From IMG/VR virus record IMGVR_UViG_3300040801_001492, positions 1 through 64,000 of that record: 64,000 bases of DNA; one strand, given 5' to 3'. Below the pieces are notes generated by a model. It ran no database searches, was not told the origin of the DNA, and was given only the letters and a program-made list of their open reading frames with translations. The DNA is from a virus. The position numbers and the translations under genes are program-made. Positions 55,780 through 64,000 of the stretch are shown one piece after another (positions within the stretch are counted from its first letter, which is position 1; each line of letters begins with the position of its first letter).

Positions 55780-58254
55780 ATGATATATACAAAAAAACAT
55801 GTTTATGAAGAAACTTTAAAATTCTTTGATGGTGATGATTTAGCTACTAATGTATGGATAGATAAATATGCTTTAAGAGATAAAAAAGAGAATTTCCTGG
55901 AAAATAATCCTATGCATATGTATGAACGTGTGGCATCGGAATTGAATAGGATAGAAAGAACTTATGATAATCCTTTATCTTATGGTACTATACTTAGGTT
56001 ACTATTAGAAAGGAAGTTTATACCTGCTGGTAGTAACCTTTTTGGTATAGGTAATGATTATCAATATACTTCACTGGCTAATTGCTTTGTTATAGGTAAT
56101 ACAGAAGATAGCTATTCAGGATTACTACAGACAGATGCTGAGCAGGCTCTTCTTATGAAGAGAAGAGGTGGTGTAGGACACGACATATCACACTTACGTC
56201 CTAAAGGTAGCTTAGTACAAAATGCTGCTAAAACATCAACAGGCTCAGTATCTTTTATGAATAGATTTTCTAATACTACACGTGAAGTAGGACAGGGAGG
56301 ACGTAGAGGAGCGTTAATGCTTACCATGATAATTACTCATCCTGATATATTTGATTTTATTACAGCTAAGGATGATTTAACAAAGATTACTGGTGCTAAT
56401 ATATCAGTACGTATAACTGATGAGTTTATGGAGGCTGTTAAAAAGGACAAGGACTTTGTTTTACGTTATCCACATATACCTAATCTAGAAGGTGATATTG
56501 ATGAGCTTCCTTTGAATGAAACTATTACTAATAAGTATGGTTATATGTTTCGTAAGATAAAGGCAAGACAATTATGGAATGTTATCATTAAACAGGCTCA
56601 TAAAAATGGTGAGCCTGGCTTATTATTCTGGGATAATATAGTTAATAATTCGCCTGCTGATTGCTACGAACAGTTTCAAACAAAATCAACCAATCCTTGC
56701 GGAGAGGTACCACTCTCATTCTATGATAGTTGCAGACTTGCTTCTATGATATTACCTTCATATGTAGTTGATCCATTTACTAAAAATGCTAGATTTGATT
56801 TTGATTTATTTGCTGAGGATGTAGAGAAAGCACAGCGGTTAATGGATGATACTATTGATTTAGAAAAAGAACGTATAGAAGCTATCTTAGAAAAGATAAA
56901 TAAGGAGTATTCTGTTAATAATATTGAATCTGTACTATGGCAAAAAATACTAACATCATTATTAGACGGTCGTAGGACAGGCTTAGGTACTCTAGGATTA
57001 GCTGATGCATTAGCTATGCTTAATATACCTTATGGTAGCCCTGAGTCTATTAGAATAGCTGAGGATATACATAAATCATTAGCCTTAGGTTCTTATAGTT
57101 CATCTATTATATTAGCTAAAGAAAGAGGTTGTTTTACTGCTTATGATTATAAGAGGGAAAAAGACCATATTTTTATTAGAAAAATATATGATAAACTATC
57201 TAACAAGCTGCAGAAAGAATATGAAAAGTATGGTAGACGTAATATTAGCAATCTATCTATAGCACCTACAGGTACATTAGCTATCCTTACAGGTTATTCA
57301 AGTGGTATAGAACCTGTTTTTAAACTGTTTTATAACCGTAAGAGACGGGTAGATGAAAATCATCCTAACAAATCCTTTAAAGACGATAGTGGTGACTGGT
57401 GGGAAGAATATAAAGTATTACATCTACAGTTTAAAAAATATCTTAAGCAGTTTGGTGATATAGATGAAAAAGATTTACATAAATATATAGAAAAATCGCC
57501 TTATTATAATGTTACTACTGAAGATATTTATCCTGTGGATAAAATTAAGTTACAATCAGCTATACAACAATGGATAGATCATAGTATAAGTATTACACAT
57601 AATGTTTCTGAAGATACTACTTATGAATCTATAGAAAGTATCTATTTTAAGGCTTGGGAAACAGGATGTAAGGGTTCTACTGTATATAGGCAAAACAGCA
57701 GATTAGGTGTTCTTACATCAGGCAAACCTGAAGAGAAATTTAAACAGCATGATTCAATAAAAAGACCTAAAGATGTACCATGTGATATTTACATACCTAC
57801 CAGCAAAGGACAGAAATATGTCGTCTGTATAGGTATTATAGATAATCATCCTTTTGAGATATTTGCTTTTGATTATGATGATAATTTTAAGATACCTGAA
57901 GATAAAGGTATTCTTAGGAAAGTTAAGAAAGGATATTATGATTTAATTATACCTAATGGTAGCAATATAGTTATTAAAGATGTTACATCTAAGATGAGCC
58001 AGTCGGAAGAAGACCGTACACGTATGATTTCAACTGCCCTAAGGCACGGTGCTGATATTAAATTTGTTGTTGAACAACTTAGAAAATCTAAAGGAGATAT
58101 TACTACATTCAGTAAAGTTATTGCTAGAGTATTAAGTAAATATATTAATTCAGGTACTTTACAAAAAGCTACCTGTCCTGTATGTAATGCTACGTTAGTT
58201 TATGAAGGCGGTTGTAATATATGTAAGAATTGTGGCTTTTCAAAATGTGAATAA
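55780..58254 (+). CDS. nrdJ: Class II (B12-dependent) ribonucleotide reductase
   Basis: SLANCF, GQGGRRGALM, TNPCGE, IAPTGT and KGSTVYR; C-terminal CPVC...EGGC..C..CGFSKC; no small subunit nearby. Confidence 0.92.
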   Translation: MIYTKKHVYEETLKFFDGDDLATNVWIDKYALRDKKENFLENNPMHMYERVASELNRIERTYDNPLSYGTILRLLLERKFIPAGSNLFGIGNDYQYTSLANCFVIGNTEDSYSGLLQTDAEQALLMKRRGGVGHDISHLRPKGSLVQNAAKTSTGSVSFMNRFSNTTREVGQGGRRGALMLTMIITHPDIFDFITAKDDLTKITGANISVRITDEFMEAVKKDKDFVLRYPHIPNLEGDIDELPLNETITNKYGYMFRKIKARQLWNVIIKQAHKNGEPGLLFWDNIVNNSPADCYEQFQTKSTNPCGEVPLSFYDSCRLASMILPSYVVDPFTKNARFDFDLFAEDVEKAQRLMDDTIDLEKERIEAILEKINKEYSVNNIESVLWQKILTSLLDGRRTGLGTLGLADALAMLNIPYGSPESIRIAEDIHKSLALGSYSSSIILAKERGCFTAYDYKREKDHIFIRKIYDKLSNKLQKEYEKYGRRNISNLSIAPTGTLAILTGYSSGIEPVFKLFYNRKRRVDENHPNKSFKDDSGDWWEEYKVLHLQFKKYLKQFGDIDEKDLHKYIEKSPYYNVTTEDIYPVDKIKLQSAIQQWIDHSISITHNVSEDTTYESIESIYFKAWETGCKGSTVYRQNSRLGVLTSGKPEEKFKQHDSIKRPKDVPCDIYIPTSKGQKYVVCIGIIDNHPFEIFAFDYDDNFKIPEDKGILRKVKKGYYDLIIPNGSNIVIKDVTSKMSQSEEDRTRMISTALRHGADIKFVVEQLRKSKGDITTFSKVIARVLSKYINSGTLQKATCPVCNATLVYEGGCNICKNCGFSKCE

Positions 58255-58256
58255 AT

Positions 58257-58454
58257 ATGAGTAACTATAATAAAGTAATATGTCCTTTTTGCAACAAACA
58301 AATACCTTATATATATGAGACTGTTTATATCTATAAAAAAAAGAAAAGACGACGGCATAAGCCAAAGAAACAGAAAATAGTTGTAGGTATTGATTTCGAA
58401 GGACATAAAAATAACTGTTCTCAATACAGAGAATTTATAAATAAAAATAAATGA
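58257..58454 (+). CDS. Small basic Cys/His protein
   Basis: CPFC...H...C; K/R tract. Confidence 0.5.
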   Translation: MSNYNKVICPFCNKQIPYIYETVYIYKKKKRRRHKPKKQKIVVGIDFEGHKNNCSQYREFINKNK

Positions 58455-60430
58455 TTTATTATTTAGGAGTAGAGAGACAAGATAATCAGTTTGGAATAGC
58501 TACTATAGCTATGATATATGATTATTTTAAAGATAAGAAGGAGATTGCTTTTGATACAGAAACGACAGGATTATCCCCGCAGGATAATTCTGTTCTTCTG
58601 TACCAATTAGGAGATGTAGATAATCAATTTGTTGTTAATGCTAAAGAATATGATTTATCTATCTTTAAAGATTTATTTGAAGATGAAGATAAGGTATTCT
58701 TAATGCATCATGCTGCTTTTGACTTAGGTTTTCTTTATAAGTATAAAATTCTACCTGTTAATATATGGGACACTTACTTAGCTGAAGCTGTTCTTTATAA
58801 AGGTAATAAGAAGATGCGTAAATCTTTAGATGAGGTAGCATATAGATACTGTAAAACAACCTTAGATAAGAGTATACGTGGTATAATACATAAGGTAGGT
58901 ATTACTTCTGAGGTAATAAAATATGGAGCTGATGATGTTGCTTATCTACATAGTATTAAAAGACATCAATATGCACTATTAGAAAAGAAGGAATTATTAC
59001 TGTCTATACGTCTTGAAAATGAATTTGTTAAAGCATTAGCTTATACAAGTTTTTGTGGTATCTATCTTGATAAAAACTCTTGGATAGCTAAGTTTCAAGA
59101 AGACTACGATAGTATGTTGAAGTATAAGGAACAGCTTGATGATTATATTATTGAACATGGTTATACTAAATATATAGACCAACAGCTATCATTAGATTTT
59201 GGTAATAGTAAAAAAGCATCTTGTCTTATTAATTGGTCATCACCTTTACAGGTAGGTTCGTTATTTAAAGATATAGGTATTAATATTATTGATGCTAAAG
59301 GTAAAGAGTCTGTTAATGTTAATAACCTAAAGTTTCAGGTAAATAAGTTTGATATTCTTCCTATTTATATGGAATATAAGAAGTATGAAAAATCTACTTC
59401 AACTTATGGTATGGGAGTATTAAAAACTATTAATTCTGTAACAGGCAGGATACATACTGTTTTTAGCCAAGTTAAAGATACGGGGAGAATTTCTTCAGGA
59501 GATAAAAAACGTGATAAAAATTCTATCAATTTACAGAATTTACCGGCAGAAGAACGTACTCGTAAATGTTTTCAAGCTCAGGGAGAAAATATTCTTATTG
59601 ATGCCGACTATAGTGGTCAAGAACAAATTATCTTTGCTAATTTTACTAAAGAACCTAATCTAATTAAATTTTATGAAAATGATTTAGGTGATATGCATAG
59701 CTATATAGCATCGTTAATCTATCCTGAACTACAAGGATTATCTCTATCTGAAATAAAAGAAAAATATCCTCAGTTAAGACAGAATGCTAAGGCAGCCGGT
59801 TTTGCTATCAACTATGGGGGTAATGGACGTACTATAGCTAATAATTTAAATATACCAGAGGAAGAAGGCAATGAGATTTATGAAAAATATTTTAAAGCAT
59901 TTCCTCAGGTAGAAGAATATTTTAAGAGGGTTACTTATGATGCACTTACTAAAGGACATATTTTAATAAATGATTTTATTAAAAGTAAATGTTATATTTT
60001 TCAGTATCATGAGTATCTTCAGTTAGTTAAACAGGTTAATCAGCCTGGTTTTTGGACTAATTATAGAGCATCTAAACAAAGTACTTTAACCAGAGAACGT
60101 GAATATTATAAAAGTATTGTAAGTAAATATTTTGGATTAAAGGGTGAATTTACTCGTATGTCTCTAAATTATCCAATACAGGGTACAGGTGCAGAAATGA
60201 TAAAAATGGCTACGATATTTTTCTTTAATCATTTAGTAAAAAATAATTTACTATTTAAGGTATATATAGTTAATCTTATTCATGATGAGATATTAATTGA
60301 AACACCTAAAGAATTAGCTGAAGAATTAAAAACAGTTTTACAAGATTGTATGGAAAAAGCAGGTGGTTATTTTTGTAAAACTATACCAATAAAAGCAACA
60401 CCTGTTATTTCTAATCATTGGACACATTAA
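58451..60430 (+). CDS. polA: Family A DNA polymerase with 3'-5' exonuclease
   Basis: FDTETTG, DYSGQE, RQNAKAAGFAINYG, NYPIQG and IHDE. Confidence 0.95.
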   Translation: MIYYLGVERQDNQFGIATIAMIYDYFKDKKEIAFDTETTGLSPQDNSVLLYQLGDVDNQFVVNAKEYDLSIFKDLFEDEDKVFLMHHAAFDLGFLYKYKILPVNIWDTYLAEAVLYKGNKKMRKSLDEVAYRYCKTTLDKSIRGIIHKVGITSEVIKYGADDVAYLHSIKRHQYALLEKKELLLSIRLENEFVKALAYTSFCGIYLDKNSWIAKFQEDYDSMLKYKEQLDDYIIEHGYTKYIDQQLSLDFGNSKKASCLINWSSPLQVGSLFKDIGINIIDAKGKESVNVNNLKFQVNKFDILPIYMEYKKYEKSTSTYGMGVLKTINSVTGRIHTVFSQVKDTGRISSGDKKRDKNSINLQNLPAEERTRKCFQAQGENILIDADYSGQEQIIFANFTKEPNLIKFYENDLGDMHSYIASLIYPELQGLSLSEIKEKYPQLRQNAKAAGFAINYGGNGRTIANNLNIPEEEGNEIYEKYFKAFPQVEEYFKRVTYDALTKGHILINDFIKSKCYIFQYHEYLQLVKQVNQPGFWTNYRASKQSTLTREREYYKSIVSKYFGLKGEFTRMSLNYPIQGTGAEMIKMATIFFFNHLVKNNLLFKVYIVNLIHDEILIETPKELAEELKTVLQDCMEKAGGYFCKTIPIKATPVISNHWTH

Positions 60431-60440
60431 TAAATAAGTT

Positions 60441-60872
60441 ATGAAAACAAGAGAAGATTTTTGGGAAGTAGATAAGCAAATGTCAAAGAAAATAAGAGAT
60501 GAAATTGAAAAAGAAGCATTAATCGAAAATAACAATCGTATACTAAACTTTATGGATTTTCTTTATGACCCTGTTACAGGTACTATGAGCACACGTAGTG
60601 GAATAAAAACAAATATTAAAGAATATATATTATGTACTTGTTCTGAACTAGAATCTCCTTGTAGCTATTGTAAAGGAAAAATTGATATGAAATTTAATTC
60701 TTCATGGGATTGGCTTATGCCTATAATTGAGGAAATATTTAATCTCGATAAAGACTTGTGGGAAGCAAGAGAAAACATAAAAGATGCATTGATGACTTTT
60801 AATATAGAAGAAACCTATTCTGAAGTTATTGAATTTATTAAGAGGTATAATAAAAATAAAGATGAAAACTGA
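60441..60872 (+). CDS. Hypothetical phage protein
   Basis: FNSSWDWLMPIIE motif common in Bacteroidota phages (from recall). Confidence 0.6.
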   Translation: MKTREDFWEVDKQMSKKIRDEIEKEALIENNNRILNFMDFLYDPVTGTMSTRSGIKTNIKEYILCTCSELESPCSYCKGKIDMKFNSSWDWLMPIIEEIFNLDKDLWEARENIKDALMTFNIEETYSEVIEFIKRYNKNKDEN

Positions 60873-61464
60873 AATATTACACGAAGATAGACAGAATATA
60901 TTTTTTACCTCAGATTTACATCTAAATCATGAAAGAGTAATTGAATATTGCAATAGACCTTTTTCTAATGTTATAGAGATGAATAAAACTATAGTAAATA
61001 ACTGGAATAAGGTTGTTGATACTGGAGATATAGTTTTTGTATTAGGTGATTTTTCTTTTGGTAATCAGAAGACATGGTTATATTTTATTGAACAATTAGA
61101 AGGATTTATTTATTTAGTAAAAGGTAATCACGATAAAAGTATACCTAAAGAAAATACTAATCTTAATGATAAGTTCAAATGGGTTGATGGTTTTCTTAAT
61201 ACCAGAATAATAGATACTGAATTTGATGGTAATGAACAACGAGTAACATTATGTCATTATCCTATGTTATCCTGGTATCATTCACATAAAGGAGCATGGC
61301 AACTATTTGGACATATACATTCGAATGATTATAATAAATTACTACATACAAAAGAATCTCCTTTTAAAACTTCTCAGTATGATGTAGGAGTAGATAATAA
61401 TAATTTTACTCCTGTACATTGGAATGAAATAAAAAGTATATTAACTAAACAAATAAGGTCATGA
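60862..61464 (+). CDS. Calcineurin-like metallophosphoesterase
   Basis: TSDLH, LGDF, GNHD, CHYP, GHIH and DVGVD. Confidence 0.9.
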   Translation: MKTEILHEDRQNIFFTSDLHLNHERVIEYCNRPFSNVIEMNKTIVNNWNKVVDTGDIVFVLGDFSFGNQKTWLYFIEQLEGFIYLVKGNHDKSIPKENTNLNDKFKWVDGFLNTRIIDTEFDGNEQRVTLCHYPMLSWYHSHKGAWQLFGHIHSNDYNKLLHTKESPFKTSQYDVGVDNNNFTPVHWNEIKSILTKQIRS

Positions 61465-61628
61465 GTAAAGATGTAGCTACTTGTCCACTTTGTGGATCAG
61501 ATTTACAAAAAATAAATGATATTACTTACGAATGTTATGAATGTAAAATAATCGTTACATTAGAAATTGATACAAGTAATATGGAAGACGAACCTGATTA
61601 TATTAAAGGAGTAGACTATTATGATTGA
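61461..61628 (+). CDS. 55-aa zinc-ribbon protein (not in ORF track)
   Basis: MSKDVATCPLCGS...YECYEC...*. Confidence 0.65.
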   Translation: MSKDVATCPLCGSDLQKINDITYECYECKIIVTLEIDTSNMEDEPDYIKGVDYYD

Positions 61629-62125
61629 TAAAATAGATAAATTACAAGATGTATTTGATAATGGATTAACCGAAGTATGGTTTGTATCTACTCCTACTGG
61701 TAAATTATATAAATATGTTGGCTCTATAAATAACGTATTACAAGAATTTATAGTAGAAATTGATAAAAATAATGAAGAAGATATAAACATCTATGGTTCT
61801 GATACTATTTTGGAAATTTTTGCGTAATTAGAGAAAAATGACTTAACCAGATGGTTTCTGAGAGACTTTCTATATACCAGTAATGGTATTATATCAAAAA
61901 ACATGAAAGTCTCTTAAATCGTCTTAAAATAGCTTTAAAATGGATTTAGATAAAAAAGAACTATATACAATAGTAATTTGGCCAGAATCACAATATTTTA
62001 TAGGAAAACCACATTGTTACCTAATAAATGATGAGCATGGTTATATAAATTTTGGAGATTCTGCTTATTTTGTTAGATTAGATATTTATGAAAATATGGG
62101 TGCTGATACAAAATTTAATAAGTAA
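61621..62125 (+). other. Two small hypotheticals (61621..61827, 61940..62125)
   Basis: ORF track. Confidence 0.6.
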
Positions 62126-62137
62126 ACAATAATAACT

Positions 62138-62551
62138 ATGAGAATAATTAAATTTAGAGCTTGGGATGAAAATGCTGAGGTTATGTTTTACTCAGACCAA
62201 GACAAAGGAGATTATTATTTCTTTTTAGATACAGATGGGTTACACGCTGGATGCCCAGAATTAACATATTCGAGTGGCCCTATGGAACCACCCCAGTACG
62301 AACACAGGGAAGTTGGCAATATCATGCAGTACACTGGGTTGTTTGACAAGAACGGCAAAGAGATATATGAATCAGATATAATGATTGCTATGATAAACTC
62401 AACCCTTGCTGAAGCTGAAGTTAAGTTCTATAATGGTTGTTTTTATTTACAGCACATAGGAGTTGAGAAAATGGCTGTGCCATTAGCTGAACAACACTAT
62501 TGGCAAGAAATTATCGGCAACATATACGAAAATCCAGAATTACTAAAATGA
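62138..62551 (+). CDS. YopX-family protein
   Basis: IKFRAWD, MQYTGLFDKNGKEIYESDI and EIIGNIYENPELL. Confidence 0.92.
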   Translation: MRIIKFRAWDENAEVMFYSDQDKGDYYFFLDTDGLHAGCPELTYSSGPMEPPQYEHREVGNIMQYTGLFDKNGKEIYESDIMIAMINSTLAEAEVKFYNGCFYLQHIGVEKMAVPLAEQHYWQEIIGNIYENPELLK

Positions 62552-63303
62552 AAACATTTGCAGTAGGAGATATTCATGGTGCTTATAAAGCATTACTACA
62601 AGTATTAGAGAAATCTAACTTTAGTAAACAAGAAGATAGATTAATCTGCTTAGGTGATGTAGCCGATGGTTGGTCTGAAGTGCCTGAATGTTTTGATGAA
62701 TTATTAACTATTAATAATCTTATCTATATAATGGGTAATCATGATTTGTGGCTTTATGAGTGGCTCAAATTTGGTACTTCTCCTGATATATGGACTCAAC
62801 AAGGTGGACAAGCAACTATTGATGCTTATATAAGACGATTTGAAAAAGAAGGTAATCAATTTGCTAAAAGTCATGAATATTTTTTACATAAAGCACCTCA
62901 TTATTATATAGATGAAAAGAATAGACTATATGTACATGGTGGCTTTAATTGGCATATTCCAATAGAAGAAAATGAACCTTATGATTTAAGATGGAATAGA
63001 CATGCTTATGAAACAGCCTGCATGTGGGAAACGTATAATAAAAATTCATTATATAAATCTGATAAAGAAAAAGATTCTTTTAAAGATTATAGTGAAGTAT
63101 TTATAGGACATACTGCTACTAATTATTCTACTAATTGGAGAATACCAGCAACTGATAAACCTGTACATGTAGCTAACTTATGGAATCTTGACCAAGGAGC
63201 TGGTTGGGATGGTAAACTTACATTAATGAATGTAGACACTAAAGAATATTATCAAAGTGATATAGTTACAACACTATATCCAGAATCAAAAGGAAGGAAT
63301 TAG
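62548..63303 (+). CDS. Ser/Thr protein phosphatase-like metallophosphoesterase
   Basis: GDIHG, LGDVAD, GNHD, VHGG, GHT and LDQG. Confidence 0.9.
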   Translation: MKTFAVGDIHGAYKALLQVLEKSNFSKQEDRLICLGDVADGWSEVPECFDELLTINNLIYIMGNHDLWLYEWLKFGTSPDIWTQQGGQATIDAYIRRFEKEGNQFAKSHEYFLHKAPHYYIDEKNRLYVHGGFNWHIPIEENEPYDLRWNRHAYETACMWETYNKNSLYKSDKEKDSFKDYSEVFIGHTATNYSTNWRIPATDKPVHVANLWNLDQGAGWDGKLTLMNVDTKEYYQSDIVTTLYPESKGRN

Positions 63304-63306
63304 ATT

Positions 63307-63744
63307 ATGAAAAAACTATTATTAACATTAGCAATTATTGCCTTGCCTTTGATGGGGTATGGGCAGATTATAAAAGTAGATGATGAATCTCATTTGGTTG
63401 TTGACAGTACCACATACAACCCAAAGACCAAGACTTTCTCTTTTTGGAGTGCGAACCAAGAATATTTAGTGATTAAAAAAGAGAAAACCACCTTTGTTGT
63501 TGATACCGTTGGCTCATCATGGAAGTATTATCATGGTGATCGTATTATTCTCCAAGACCTAATAGACTATCAAGAGTATTGCTATAATGATAGTACTGTT
63601 AGCTGGGAATATCAATTTGAAGAGATTGATAAAGGAAGCGGAGTTGGGTTTACAAACTATAACAAACCAAAGAAAAGAGTTGTTAGGCACAAAATACCAA
63701 CTTTCAACGGCTTTATTGAATGGATGAAAAATAAAGAGAAATGA
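63307..63744 (+). CDS. Secreted hypothetical protein
   Basis: MKKLLLTLAIIALPLMGYG-Q signal peptide. Confidence 0.7.
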   Translation: MKKLLLTLAIIALPLMGYGQIIKVDDESHLVVDSTTYNPKTKTFSFWSANQEYLVIKKEKTTFVVDTVGSSWKYYHGDRIILQDLIDYQEYCYNDSTVSWEYQFEEIDKGSGVGFTNYNKPKKRVVRHKIPTFNGFIEWMKNKEK

Positions 63745-64000
63745 AACAATATAAATTAACAATGGATGATGTTGTTAACTGGTGGCTAGATAAATATCAT
63801 AATACTAATATTAAAAAAGTTATTTCTGACCATCCTGAATGGGATATGGATAATTTTGATTCACATATTTTTTATGAAGAATATCAAGTAACACAGGAAC
63901 AACATGATGAATGGAGAGAATGGTTAGTTAAGAGATTAATGAAAGAATATAAATTACCACGTAAGGCAGTAGAAAAATTTTTATGGTCTATATATCTAAA
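63741..64000 (+). CDS. Hypothetical protein, truncated by the window end
   Basis: MKQYKLTMDDVVNWWLDKYHNT...QEQHDEWREW; open to the edge. Confidence 0.65.
   Translation, partial: MKQYKLTMDDVVNWWLDKYHNTNIKKVISDHPEWDMDNFDSHIFYEEYQVTQEQHDEWREWLVKRLMKEYKLPRKAVEKFLWSIYL

Noticed and set aside
55780-60430. Introns or inteins in RNR and PolA; Z-genome polymerase
   Set aside because: Both genes are contiguous and of normal length with standard motifs; no PurZ is in the window.
31649-63762. Minus-strand ORFs in the right arm (e.g. 31649..31996, 35593..35964, 41728..42090, 49719..49994, 56112..56327) and the nested + ORF 34334..34603
   Set aside because: They are shadow or alternate-frame ORFs overlapping better-supported genes.
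1-64000. Stop-codon reassignment (code 15 or 4), known in some crAss-like phages
   Set aside because: Core genes are full length in code 11; TAA, TAG and TGA all end genes; tRNA-Gln reads TTG and no suppressor tRNA is seen.

Overview
This window is 64 kb of an AT-rich (roughly 30% GC, by eye) crAss-like (Crassvirales-type) bacteriophage genome. The host is probably a Bacteroidota: there are five TTTG-N20-TAnnTTTG promoters, signal peptides with Gln at +1, and a BACON domain. The genome has two divergent arms meeting at about 30.1-30.4 kb. The left arm (minus strand) runs from RusA, a DNA methylase, a non-coding/tRNA island, nucleotide-pool genes, GroES, an exonuclease and an HU-like gene to the virion module: HNH endonuclease, intein-containing TerL, portal, scaffold-like protein, major capsid, ring and auxiliary capsid proteins, a TIGR02594 hydrolase, fibres, and three signal-peptide-bearing fibre/lectin/lyase genes. 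The right arm (plus strand) has about 12 kb of small early genes, then initiator, DnaB, AAA ATPase, SSB and primase. These are followed by a six-gene gamma-glutamyl/amidoligase cluster, a PD-(D/E)XK nuclease, class II RNR, PolA and two phosphoesterases. The standard genetic code applies. The most interesting observations are: (1) a ~390-nt structured, apparently pseudoknotted ncRNA with its own promoter and terminator upstream of the tRNAs; (2) fibre-like and lyase proteins with apparent Sec signal peptides; (3) a GATase-II whose catalytic Cys is masked by a hydrophobic leader inside the peptide-ligase cluster; (4) a class 3 (Ala-start, WCT) intein; (5) tandem G.U-rich long hairpins and 13-bp repeats at the arm junction; (6) an ATT-initiated conserved gene. 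All family assignments are from motif recognition and manual folding; no database search or folding program was run.
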